A stretch of 64,000 nucleotides of DNA from Ylistrum balloti (Eukaryota), in contig NW_026782178.1 of the NCBI RefSeq assembly GCF_031769215.1, positions 124,001-188,000 on the forward strand, written 5' to 3'. The first letter of the stretch is position 1. Every line of letters starts with the position of its first letter. Below, one piece after another: positions 1-13,100 of this stretch. The notes beneath the pieces were generated by a model, which worked only from the letters and a program-made list of their open reading frames with translations, had not been told where the DNA came from and searched no databases. The translations under genes and the position numbers were made by a program.

Positions 1-577
1 CTGGTCTTCTTAAAAGGCTAGTATAACATAGTTACGAATTTGAAATTGAAATTTTAAGTTACATACTTTACGTAGATTCTCATCAGTTTTAGTTATATTC
101 TCGTATCATCTAATCCTTGTACACGTTTGAACTACCCTTTGAAAGGAGCGACAGAAACCAGCTTGTAATCGTTTGTTCTGATAAATGGGAATAGACACAT
201 CTGGCCCCTTGTTGTGATGACAGTAAGATTTTAACAGCTGCTACAACAGTCGGTCGTACACTACAGTTGCACGGTGTGAACACGTCAGACATCGGATGAT
301 GTGCAAGGTTCTCGTTAACTGTAACATAGTACAGTCTGTTTCTTGTAACTGTAAAAATTCAGTGTTGCTGATATCAATGCCAGTGTTTCACTCCTGAAGT
401 ACGTCTTCTCGGTGTAGCAGAGGGGTACACCGTATCGAAAATACCTATATATACGTACCTGTTAAGACGGTTTTAAAATCAAAACCAAGCACTGTAATTA
501 GTGTCCACATTCAATTTATTGCGTTAGTTTTAGTGCCTTTCCCTTAAGTATACATGTAAAGTTAAACAAATATCTAG

Positions 578-665
578 AGATTGTATCTCAAATTGTGTGC
601 GTCATCGTTAAAGCTGGTCTCCATCTCGAGAAAGTGGTTATCATTGGAGAAGCTAAAACAATTAA
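578..665. repeat. Diverged ~90-bp dispersed repeat, copy 1 (copy 2 at ~2018-2110)
   Basis: tctcaaattgtgtgcgtcatcgttaaagctggtctccatctcgagaaagtggttatcattggagaagctaaaaca aligns with tttcaaaatttgtgtgtcatcattaaagttagtctcaatcttgacaaagtagttatcaatggagaagccaaaaca. Confidence 0.6.
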
Positions 666-3600
666 GCTACATATTTGATGTTAAAACAGGCAAGTCTCCA
701 TAACAACAGAAACTACCTAATATCAAATCTAAAAATGGCATTCTGTGTACCATGGTCAAATTAAATCACCTTTATGGCAAGTCAATCTCATATTTATGCA
801 TGAGGCAATGCCGATCCAGTTTTTGATCACATTCTGTTAGATATCTCATAATGTATATCATCTATCTCATAGAAAAGTACACAGGATAATGCCTTGTAAG
901 ATATTGCATACTGAATATTTCCTGAAATATAGGATCAATATACGTCCTTGAAGAAACTGTCAAAGCGACCCCAACAAGATTATTCTTGAGACTGGCTACA
1001 TGTACAGCATTCTTGACTGGGAATTATTCTCCTGGTGATCAGTTAAATAAATTGGATTACAATAAACAAATCAGGAAATTAAACATGTCATTGCTCATAT
1101 CAGTCCATCCCATCATGTCTTTTTACAACTGAAAGATTCAGAAGTTATAGTAATAGTGTATAGTAAGAGGGCCAAAAGTTAAAATATATTTTTAGAATGG
1201 GATCAATAATAAGAGTACACTGGGCCAGTAAACAAACTATATAGATAAAATTGACAAAAATGTTCTCCAGATTTGAAGTTACTGATAATGCAGGTTTGAA
1301 GTGGTCTTGTTATATCATGGTACTGTATGTGTAGTTTCCGTTTATTCACAAATAAACTACACAAAGCAACTGAAATGGTATCATTTATTAACACAAAAGA
1401 TCCTGATCACATCCTAACAATTACACAGGAATGTAAGGACAACGCTCACACACATTCTATAACACTCTCTCAGATAAAACCGGCCTTACAATGTGCAATT
1501 TCTCTTTAAAAAACTCAGCTCCTCCAAAAAGACTTTTGAGAAAAGCAGACAAGGATTTTTCAAAACCAGTTAAACTAAATGTTTGTACTTTACATTGCCA
1601 ATATAAATTATGTTCTTGTTAGAAATGATAAGTAGATTTTTTTGAAAATTTTTTTCAAGCAATTTATAATTATTCCTAAAGAGGACTCGACATAAACAGT
1701 ATATAGTTTAGGTATATATTCATGATGAAAATTCAAATTTGTGAATTTGTAAGGTTTGAAGCCCTATTTGCTTTTCTACAAAAACCATTATCAGAAGACT
1801 GTGGAATTAAAACGGTGGAGGTATAAATTCATTGTATACATTAGCATCTTAGGTTAATAGAGTGCCCAGATATAATTTGAGTATGCAAGTTATATATAAG
1901 ATGACACAATGATATTGCACATGGTTATCAACACAATGACAACATGGGTGTTAGAAAATAATGTATACTCCTTAATCACTAGTTCACTTAAACAATTAAT
2001 TTGTAAATGCTAGAAAAAGATTATAGAGGTTATATTTCAAAATTTGTGTGTCATCATTAAAGTTAGTCTCAATCTTGACAAAGTAGTTATCAATGGAGAA
2101 GCCAAAACATTTCAAGTGAGGAATACCTCCTCTAATCCAAGTTATATGACTCTAAAAGGAATTTTTCTGGTTTAGACATATTTCATTCTATGAGGAATTG
2201 AAAAAGCTCACAAAGGTATGCACAACCTACTACACAGCTATTATGAATTGTTTTGCATCAATAAGACAAAGTGCACTAGGCACTTGTGACCATCGTTACT
2301 AGTTACCTAAAAATGGCAACTTAAAAGTCATCATGCATTCCAAACAATAAACAACAATTTTAAAAGAGTATGCCTCTATTAAATGAACTATCTACAGTAA
2401 CAATATCCTTCAATTCATTCTGAATAGATGAACATACCGAATATAGATCTATTTTTAAAAATCGGTCCAACACATCACTCAGGAAAAAATGACATGTGAT
2501 CACAATCAATATTCTTTTCTTTAAAAAATATGACACAATGATTTACAAAAACATAAATAAAACCAGTCAAACATGACTTAAACTGTTTGGAAAAGTAGGT
2601 TTTCTAATGTAAAAAATATCCAAACAATGCTAAGAATCGTTCCTATTCAAAGATGACAAATACTGGAGAAAATCTTAGGGTATGGAAAAAAATGCACCAC
2701 TGTCACCACAAAGGTTTCATTTATGAAAACATTTTTCACGCTAACATAAAAATTGAAATATACAGCAGAATTTAATCCTTTTTTTTTTTTTTTTTTAAAT
2801 TTACAGTGAATTTATTAATGATAAATCTTAATTATCTTTATAGATCGAGTTCAGATTAAATTGCAGATTTTAATTTGATGGCAATACTAACAGTAATTTC
2901 TAGACTATAATTTCTAATGAAACACTAACCGATTGAAGATTTTTTAGAATATATTATGCTTTAAATATTACAAACAATTTTTGCGAAAGGCTGAAAAACT
3001 ATACACCAGTGGTATTTGTACAAGAATATTTTACACAAAGACAAACAAGAGAATTGTTAACAGGTTCACAACAACTGATTTAACTGTTTTTCATCATAGT
3101 AAATTTATATTGAAGTGCATATCATTCAAATCTATGACCATTCATATCACATTCTTCTCATCAGTATGATTTTTCCTGTTTCTCGTACCTTTGATATACA
3201 TGCATACCACTAAACATGGAATACTGGTTTCTTTCAAGACTTTGCTCTTATCTTATTGTTTACTTGCTTCTCTTGAACAGTAATACAAAATTCATACAGA
3301 TCTTTTCTTATCCCTATTCATTTTTACAATTACACAAAGGTTGTATGGTACTGTTTACAATCCATCATAAAAAAGGTCAAAAGTGCAATACAAATATTTG
3401 AAACTAGTTTCATTCATCCAATCATAAAAACAATAATTTGACTCTAATCATCAACAACATCTTTGCATCTGGTAGTATTAATAGTGTTAACAGATTCATA
3501 TTATTTTCTTCTACCTCACTTCTCTCAACTTTCAAGATTTCAACATTGCCTACATATATCTGTATAGGAACCTATATAATATGTACATTTTTCAATATTA

Positions 3601-4513
3601 AAGGAAAAAAATGCAAAATTTTGAAAAATTATAATTGATTTCAAATTAATTAAATTGATAATGATAGTAATTTGGCCATATGATCTAATACAATAAAAGC
3701 CTGTTTAGTTCTAATAACAAATATGCATGTATAAACCATAATTAATCATATGCGTAGGTGATCAAGAACTGCATATACACAATCATATTCTTTGAAATAA
3801 AATTCTTGTTTCCCAGCATCAGACAGGAAATTCAATTATTAAAAATCAATGGTACAAAAATATAAACCAGAAGAAAAAAAAAAAAAAAAAAAATCCAGAC
3901 TAATTTACAGCTCTAGCTAGTATCCATGTGTCATATTTACAACAAATTAATTGGGCAGAACAAAACAGAAATTTGTTCTTTCCAACTATTACAAAAAGCT
4001 GCAGATAAAAAGTAGATTTATTTACATTTCAGATTCCTTATTCCTTAAAGACGTTATTGCTTCGAGTTGTCAACTAAAGCCTTTAAATGAGCAAGCGCTC
4101 AAATATGAAGTATTCTAAAGCAAACTGAGTGAATTGAATACACAAAGGGAAAGTACTAACGAGAATCTTTTTGTATTCGTAAGATTAAAATATCATCACC
4201 CCACGAAACTGGCCAGGGTTTTCAAAAAATGATTTCTTGTCTTCATGATTACATTTTTGCTCAGAGATGAAATGCCAGAGAACGATATTTGGTTTTTGTA
4301 TGGTCCTAATCAATGTGAATTCCAAAATGCAAATGTGGTTTGTGGTTGGTCTCCTGTTTTCACTTTCTGCATTAACTGACAGCTTAATAAATGAATTTCA
4401 CATGAAAGCAACTCAATTACAGCTGTCAGTCAAATCTCTGGTCTTTTGAATTTCGAAGTGAAAACCCTGAGATAATTTGTTTAAAAAAAAAAAGTTCTAA
4501 TTTATTGTTAATT

Positions 4514-7500
4514 TCATAAATATTTTGAAACGTAGAGTCCTAATGATGTGAGAAGTGGCACGGCAAGAAGGAGGGTAGGAACTTTGATGTTGCTGGCACC
4601 GTTACATCCCTCTTGGTTGTTACAGTGACAGTATCGGACTTTAACACGGTATGTGCCTGTCCTGTCCTTGCATTGACGGCCTTCATCACCTCCGACCTCT
4701 CCGGATCGAGCACATTGCCTGATGTATCTGACATTCCAGTCATCGTTGTAGTAAACTGTAAATGAATTGCAAATAATTAGATACAGATATCCAACACAAA
4801 TTGAAAAGATGCATCAATGTCTAATCCATGTACACAATGATGGTCCTTCATGTACAAAATGTTCAAGTAACTACTGTATTTTCCAGGTTATAAGCTGCAC
4901 TGGTATGTAAGCAGCAGCACCCATTTTCAGCCATTTTTTCTTTTTCATCCACATATAAGGGGCACCTTTTCTTACGATATGATGACCACTATTAATTATT
5001 GATGTTTGATATACTGGTAACAGATAACAAAAGGCAGTTCTTACGAAAAAGTAACCAATATGTAGACCTAAGTTCGTTGATATAGCAGACAACAGAGGAC
5101 AATTTATAGAGATCGTTAGTGAAATATTAAATGACATTAGCAAATGAATTAAAAAACAGACAATCCTTTATTTTACTGATGTATTTCAAGAACATAAAAT
5201 AGCAAACATTGAACTTGTTTGACTTGGGAGCCTTCACTGATGTCTATGTACAGATATAGGATCTGACCTTACAATTACTTAACAATTTCTCCAACGGTAT
5301 CTGTACGGATAAATATTAACGAAGGACATTGCAAGCTGATCAAACTTCAGCTATGGCTTCGAAATAACCGTGAAAGTCAAGAAGAAATTAAAGTGATTAT
5401 TATAAGAGGTATGATCAATTAATTCAACGAGAATGTTATTTCTATTTCAATTTGCAAATGACGGTTCAAGACGATCTGTTTCAGTCATGTGACATATGGG
5501 TACTCATTATTGTTTTTTCTATCATTTTTCAATCGTCCACATATAAGCCGCACTGGTATATATGCTGCATGCTGACTCGTGAGAAAAAAGGTGCCGCTTA
5601 TAATCCAGAAAATATTTATTATACTGTATTATGTATAAAAGTATACTTTGATATTTTGATACATTTATATTAGTAACATTTGTGACAAAAATATATATAC
5701 CACTACCAATTAAACTAAATTCTTTGAAATGAAAGATAATTTAAAACCTGTTACTCAAAAAAAATTTATGAAAGTTTCTAATATATATATATATTGAAAT
5801 AGAACAATTTTACATGGTAGAATGTTGTATAAATCTCCCTCCTTGAACTTATTCATTACATGTGTATTGTACATACCTTCTTGTACTATCTTTCGGCACA
5901 TTTTCACATCATCTCCACAATCAACTAAGTTGTGAGTTTTGTTGTCAAACCAATCTGCACAATCAGACTGGAAGAAGGAGTTGCATTCGTAGCATTTGAT
6001 TGCACTACCTGAAAACAAAGCAAAACATACAGTTATTATGTAACATTGGTTTAGAATCACAATAGTGACTTTTGTCAGCTTTGAAAGAATGGTTTCTACT
6101 TTGGATCAGTATATCAATAATGACCTTCACATCGAAAATGCATGTTTTCAAAGATAATGATTAATATTTACAGAAAATTGGCTGCAGACAAGAGACCCTT
6201 TGACTAATTTACTTATAGTATATGTTGCATTTATATTTCCGACGTCCATCAAATTGGAGACATTAAAACCAAATGGTAAATGGTCAACATTATCAAAACA
6301 AAATGTCCCGACAAGTGAATTCCTTGTTTAGATGAGTATTTTTGACTGGGCCCATTAATAAGACCTACGAGTACTTTTGAAAGCTTTTGCTAGGCCATGT
6401 TAATTCTAAAAGAACCTTAGCAAATTTGTTGGTTGTTATCATTATATTAATTTAGTGGAAGATATTCATTGTAGGCAACAGCATTAATATTTCAGATAAC
6501 AACAAGAGGGTGCATAATTACATAACTGTTTGCCATACATGTGTTGCAAATCAAGAAAAAAAGCATTCACATTAACTATTTGTTAATACATTACAAATAT
6601 GTCATCATCAGTACACATTCCTTACAACAAGCTCCTGTATTTTCATTCGGTGAGAAAATTCCAAACAAATATATTAAATTTACAGCAAGACTTTGATTTA
6701 GATCCCCTGTATCTGTGTATAGATTTTAAACAAATTCCTTCTAAGGTTAATATGCTCTAGAATGTCATTTAATAAGATTTCAGAACTAACTTGTCAAAAT
6801 CAGCTGCACAATTTGAATCTCAGTCTGTAGTCTGGATAAGTTAGTTGAATGGAGAGACTCCATAAAGTGAAAACTTTCCTAATAAAACTGCTTCAAGAAA
6901 ATATTTTAAGAATATCTTACTGAATCACTGAGAGGTTTTCATCCTTTTGGAGATTTGTTAGTGCAGTAATATATGCTTTGTGGTTTAATTTCTAGTAAAT
7001 GTTTTCGACTCAATAGTGATGAAATATTTTATCATACTAAATCAATGTTATTGTATCCTTAAATCATAGCATAAAATTACTTAATGCATTGTAAAAAAAA
7101 AAAATTCCAGCAGTAATTATATGCAGTACAGTCCAGAACAAGGTAAAAATGTAAACACAAATTTGCCAATTTGCGTTCACTAGTTTTATTATAAATCAAC
7201 TGCAAGGACTAACCTATTTATTTGAAAGTATGAGATATAACTATGACACTATTGTCAGCACCTACTGATGCATGATGTAGTAGATCTTGGGTTAGGAATT
7301 AAGAATATTTTCCTATAGATATTGTATCAAGTTTTAAGTAAGACATTAAAGGTATTGGACAATTCACTTTCGTTTATTCATTTTTATGAAAAGATATCTA
7401 TATTTTAAAACCTATGAGTAATTTCTCTCCCTCTGTGATAAAAAGGCAAACTGCTTACAAATCTAATTCACTAGAGATGCACTCTATGCTTTCTTTCTCA

Positions 7501-8507
7501 TGTTTTCTACTTTGGCATGCCTCAAGTGTCACTCTGTGGTCTTGGATTTAATTTATGGGAAAGACGCCAATGACAGACATTGCCCTAGGGCATCTGCATG
7601 AAGGCATTGTAATATTATAAAACTAAGCTTGGTACAGGTAAGTATAACTGATTTAGAGGACAATAAAGACACTACTCCAGGGAGTTCCCTGTAGTGCTGT
7701 TTGTATAGCTGACTAAGAGACTATTTACATCATATTACATAACAATAAGCATTGTCTTACTTTCTTTCATGTGAAAAATTAGGTGACACAACATATACTA
7801 CACCAACCAATTTACATAGTTACTGCAAAATTGAAATTAAGCTAACTTACATGCCCTGGTTAATGTATTTTTTGAGAAATCAGTAACCGAAAAACCTAGC
7901 AGTATTATTTGATCACATATAATGTAAATTACCAGTGTTCTTCGCGTATGTAGATTGAGCAAGGAAGCAACCGATATAAAAACTAGTGTGTTATATCTCA
8001 TTAGCCGTTATGTATAACAAAATTGTACGAGCAGTTCTGATTTACAAGTTATTAGTACCGAGTCTTAAATCGGATGTTTTTCGACACAGGTAAACCATCT
8101 ATATCGACTGATCAATGTGCCTAAGCGGCCTCACAGCCCAGGTAGCGTCATCAAGGTCAAAAGGATATTATGTTCCGACGCTTAACTTTTCACGTTTGGG
8201 CTATGTTCATACGATCAATATTACCATCATCTGCTCATTTATCTAAATCAATTTATCGAAAATAATAAATTTGAATTAAAATGGCAAAAATGCACACATA
8301 TTTTGTCAAAAACATGAAAAGTAAGTAAGTGTGTATGATACGGTGTGCTTACTAGTGAACACATGCAACATGGCGCCGGTGAAATGTCATTGAAATATTA
8401 TCAGAAAAGAAATAATTCACCTTTCCCAACACGAAAGTATACTTACCACTGTCGAATATAAAGTACAGTGTGATAATCGCAAACGCAACAGCAACTAAAC
8501 TCTTCAT
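4514..8507 (-). CDS. crok: Ly6/uPAR (three-finger) domain protein, crooked/quiver family, secreted and probably GPI-anchored; 144 aa, 3 exons
   Basis: Exons 8507-8447, 6008-5877, 4755-4514; all GT/AG with matching phases. Signal peptide MKSLVAVAFAIITLYFIFDS, then IKCYECNS..DC..FDN..DC..MCRKIVQ..VRYIRQC..GEVGGDEGRQC..RTGTY..YCHCNNQEGCN (10 Cys, LU-type CN end), then a hydrophobic tail. Pattern resembles Drosophila Crok (MCRKI..Q..RY.R.C..GE.G..ER.C..RTG.Y..C.CN..GCN), from memory. Confidence 0.88.
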
Positions 8508-8593
8508 TTTGACAACCTGAGCTTCTCACGATCTAGCAGCGGATCTTCGGGCAGCCAAAGTAATTAGGACTCTACGCATGCGTAATAACGATA

Positions 8594-8601
8594 TGACGTC
8601 A
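8594..8601. promoter_or_regulatory. CRE palindrome TGACGTCA ~90 bp upstream of the crok-like ATG
   Basis: Exact TGACGTCA in a CpG-richer patch at the 5' end of the gene; function not shown. Confidence 0.3.
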
Positions 8602-9619
8602 AAGAGGCCACAGAGAGGGTGTCGATTTCGCAATATGCCAAATGTCCATGCAAGTATATCAGGGCCGATAACCTGTGCTATTCTTTGGTGTGGTGAAAAG
8701 ATAGTGTTCAGTTTGGAAAGCCAAAAATACAGCAGTTGTATTTCGATACAAATTTTGAAAATTAATGATAGATAGTTAAATGCAGAAATTATACATCTAT
8801 ATGACCTCTGTGAAACACCATTTCTTATTCCATCTCTACTGTATTACAAAATAATTTCATTCAGCAATATATTACAAAATGTTCCGATAGTTGTGAAATA
8901 GGGACTTAATACCACAATGCAGGACATGATAATTGTCCAAGTAAAGGTGTTGCAACACCACACTGGGAATCGAACAATCCCTAAATGACATTTTTACAAT
9001 TCATAGAAGTCTCTAGAGCAGATCAAAATTTTTAATTTAATTTCTCAGATTTCTATTTACCCATTAACCGCGATTCTCGTTATTATGATACTGAAATTCC
9101 TGTTACTTAGCATACACTATTTGTTAACTGTTCCATATCCCGATAGATTTACGCTGTCGATATCTTTTTTATTAATTGCACATTAAATATTTAGCCATTC
9201 ATTATTGTAATACATATGGAGTGTTTATATGTTAGGAGGAGGCGATGATAAGTTGTCATAACTTGTGCCTGATTCGTTGCCTTCAGTTGACAATAAAATA
9301 TATTTGATGAAAAAGACGCCCGTGCTCAAAATCTTCAATGTAACGTCTATCGCTTTCAATCGGTCAATACATTAAACTAAATTCATGATAGCTTTGACCA
9401 CACTGTTAGTTGTAAGATGGAATGAAGAAGAAAAAAGAAAAATAAGATAAAAATAAATAAGAAAAAGATACGGATGAAAAAGAAATCTTCGAGAAAAAAG
9501 GCGAAAAGAGAAAATCCATCTAAGAATTCTTGTTTTGGCCAATTCAGTTAGATTTCATTGACAAGTAGGATGTATACGTGACTTAATAACTGTTGCATAT
9601 GATTATGATAATATCTGTG

Positions 9620-10170
9620 GTAGTTTCCTACATCACACTCCCATCCGTCCACTTTCAGAACCAAGTGTCAAAGATGTTAGTGTTTGTAGTTCACGACATC
9701 ACATTCCCATCCGTCCACCTTCAGGACCAATTGTCAAAGATGTTATAGTTTGTAGTTCACGACATCACATTCCCATCCGTCCACCTTCAGGACCAAGTGT
9801 CAAAGATGTTATAGTTTGTAGTTCACGACATCACATTCCCATCCGTCCACCTTCAGGACCAAGTGTCAAAGATGTTATAGTTTGAAGTTCACGACATCAC
9901 ATTCCCATCCGTCCACCTTCAGGACCAAGTGTCAAAGATGTTATAGTTTGAAGTTCACGACATCACATTCCCATCCGTCCACCTTCAGGACCAAGTGTCA
10001 AAGATGTTATAGTTTGAAGTTCACGACATCACATTCCCATCCGTCCACCTTCAGGACCAAGTGTCAAAGATGTTATAGTTTGTAGTTCACGACATCACAT
10101 TCCCATCCGTCCACCTTCAGGACCAAGTGTCAAAGATGTTATAGTTTGTAGTTCACGACGTCACATTCCT
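9620..10170. repeat. 66-bp minisatellite, ~8 copies
   Basis: Unit gttcacgacatcacattcccatccgtccaccttcaggaccaagtgtcaaagatgttatagtttg(t/a)a; period 66; explains the 22-aa repeat ORF 9882-10085. Confidence 0.95.
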
Positions 10171-13100
10171 ATGTCTGATACAATACGAAAAAATCTGAAA
10201 TAACTACAATAAATCGATTGTAATGAAAGTAGCAAAATGTGATGATTGAGACATCCGATGAAGATTAACATCAAGTTGTTTTAATTCATTTTAAACTATG
10301 TGGTCATTTTACAATGAAAACGCAGTCACAACTACAATACCATATCCCTACAAAGCTAGGATTTTTTTTTTTTTGTTTGTGAAAAATATAATAACAAACA
10401 ACCGTGTATTTACAGTAAGATATCTATCTAATGTTTATTTTGATAAGTTATTACTGCGATGTCATTCTGAATCACGTGTCATATTCTACAAGTTATTGAA
10501 TTAAAGGTGATGTATGTATGCATTGTTTTTTTAAAACGTAAGATTAACTCGTGGGACACGCGCACTCATATACAAGCCATTACACGTGATTTGTAAAGAT
10601 TTTAAATGATGAACTGGAAACACGTTGCTTATTTTGATAACAGTTGATCCACTTGAGTACCAAAATATCAGACTATCTGGCGTTACACCTCGGGCTATAT
10701 TTTACATATGAACTGATTTATAAACAGTTTACACTAGAAGTGCACGTTAATATATATGTCAAGATCAGAATATATCTATTTGATACGCGTATCAAACTAG
10801 AATGATGTTTTATATAGGTCATCAATTACTACAGATAATGTGAACTAGTACTGCTGACCTTTTTGTGCGGAACCTAGCATTAATTATCATTATCTACCAA
10901 TATGAAGATGAAAACGATAGATCTGAACACGATTCACATGCAATGTTTCTTAGATAAAGTACACAATAGACAATTATTTATGCATGTCAGTGTATAGAAA
11001 ATGGTTTGGGTATAAAGTCTTAAACATTTCCTAAAATAGAGACGAAATCCATTAATGTTTAACCCCTTACCACACCCCGTCATCGAATTTGAGTTGTAAA
11101 AAGGAAATCAGATTCTGTTGATATATCGAAACATTCTTTGTTGTTATTTTGTAAGTACAATGTACCTCATAAAAATACATATGTGTTTTTAAAATAGATG
11201 AAAGATATCACCTCGCTCTGTAATTCTAGTATGATAGATGTAGCAGCTGCATCCATTACAGCGAGATACCAATGTAAAGTGTGGTACTAGGAAGAGAGAG
11301 CTTTATGGGTAGGCGATGAATTTATGTATTTATATGTCGGACAATTACATACACTCATTCATATTTCCCTTACCTTTTTTTAGTACAAACCAATTGGATT
11401 CAACCAACCTGATACCACAGCAAAGACGAATTTTTGGGGTAAAGAAGGCGATACATGCAGTTTACATTTTATGACTCTTGAACGCGAGCAACTTAATAAT
11501 CAAAAGGCAATATTACTAGCGTAACATGTGCTTACTTTTTAACAGCTAAGAACTCTTTTCATCTATATTTAACGTTAAACTAATACCTGTAATGTCTATT
11601 GTGTGATATGCAAGTCTAATGCTTTTGTCTATCTGTTATCCTATTGCTGGGATTTCGTGTTGTTTTCTTACCTTTGTCACGCTTTGTTCATTCTTTTATA
11701 GATTGTCGAGAAGAAATGATCAACTACAGTGATTCCTTTTCTATGACGGATACGGAATGTTGATTGAATTAGCCGACCCCAGCCTTGCAACGGTTTCTAG
11801 TAGGAGAAATGGAAATAAATGCTCAACTTATATGAACTACGTTAAGGAGTTGAGTGCCAATGTAAAAATAGAAATATTTGAAGTACAACCAGAAACTAAA
11901 CCGTTACAACACTTTTACACTCACGTGTACTATGCAAAATTTAAATTTTTATCTTCGATTTCTTTAATCTAGTCAAAAATCTCTGTAATAAAAGCAAAAA
12001 TTGAGCTGTTACGGAATAAAGCGTATGATATTGGTATCATGCTGCCAACATGTTTTACAAATATTGTATTACAAGACCATAGGTACTAAGCTTGTTATGA
12101 TTATAAGTTTTCAATGAAACGGTTGATAATTAACAGCTGGTATATCACGGACTTAAAAGAAAAATGGGTCTAAGCCATTGAATATATGCAGCCTAAAATT
12201 TCTGTAATTTATGAACTTTATATCAAAGCTAAATGTTTCACTGCAATCAGTTGCTTGTTTTCACAAGTTATTGTATAAATGTAATTTGAAAGGCTGAAGT
12301 GTGTGTTCCTTAATGCAAGGGAAACCATATAAATGACTTAGATATTTATAAAGTTCTGTGGTGAAAAGCTTAATCGAGTCAAATAATGAAAATTAATCAT
12401 GTTTTTTGTTTTATGTTTTCATTTTTCTCGAGTTGCCAAACAAAATCTTTCCGGCTTCCGAAATGATCACACTTCAGCTGGTACACTCATCAGTCAGGTA
12501 AACTACCGTGCTTATACAACCTTGACAAGGGTCTTGTCTTTTGCTATTTATAGACTTCCAAATTGTCTAAGAAAACTTATGTTTTACATTGACAAGCCGA
12601 CATGTCGGTTTCACGTGTTCACTTTTAATGAATTTTACACTTGAATAGGAAGCTAAAATGACCGGTCTATTTCATCTACTGATGAATTCCTAAACTATTG
12701 TTTAAAGTTTGAATATGTTGTATGCAAATTGGTCAGTTGGCTGTGATACAAGTCGGTTATCATATTGATAGAGGTGAGGTACGCGTGGAGTGGTCATTCA
12801 AGGTTAGTATACACCTGAGGGGATGAACAGTGTCAGAACTGAATGTCATACAGGTATCTTAGCTGTAAGCTCGCAGTGGGGCACCAGTGGGGAAACCTGA
12901 GTCGTATCGTCAAATCTGACGTTTGGAGTTTTATGAGTTCGGCAGTAATTTTCTTTCCATTAATAATACCGTATGAGTGCTACAGAATAGTGATATCGCC
13001 AAGATAATTTTAACACCAGTAAACATGTTGTTTTTAAAGATCGAGAATCTTGTTGTTGAAAATTAACATTTTGAAGAAGTACGTCAGATAAAATATACAT

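Noticed and set aside
8940-8985. tRNA B-box-like GGGAATCGAAC (similar remnants near 49075 and 56316)
   Set aside because: No cloverleaf can be folded; likely SINE remnants, not tRNA genes.
9882-10085. ORF with 22-aa repeats (KFTTSHSHPSTFRTKCQRCYSL)
   Set aside because: Translation of the 66-bp minisatellite; no splice or start context.
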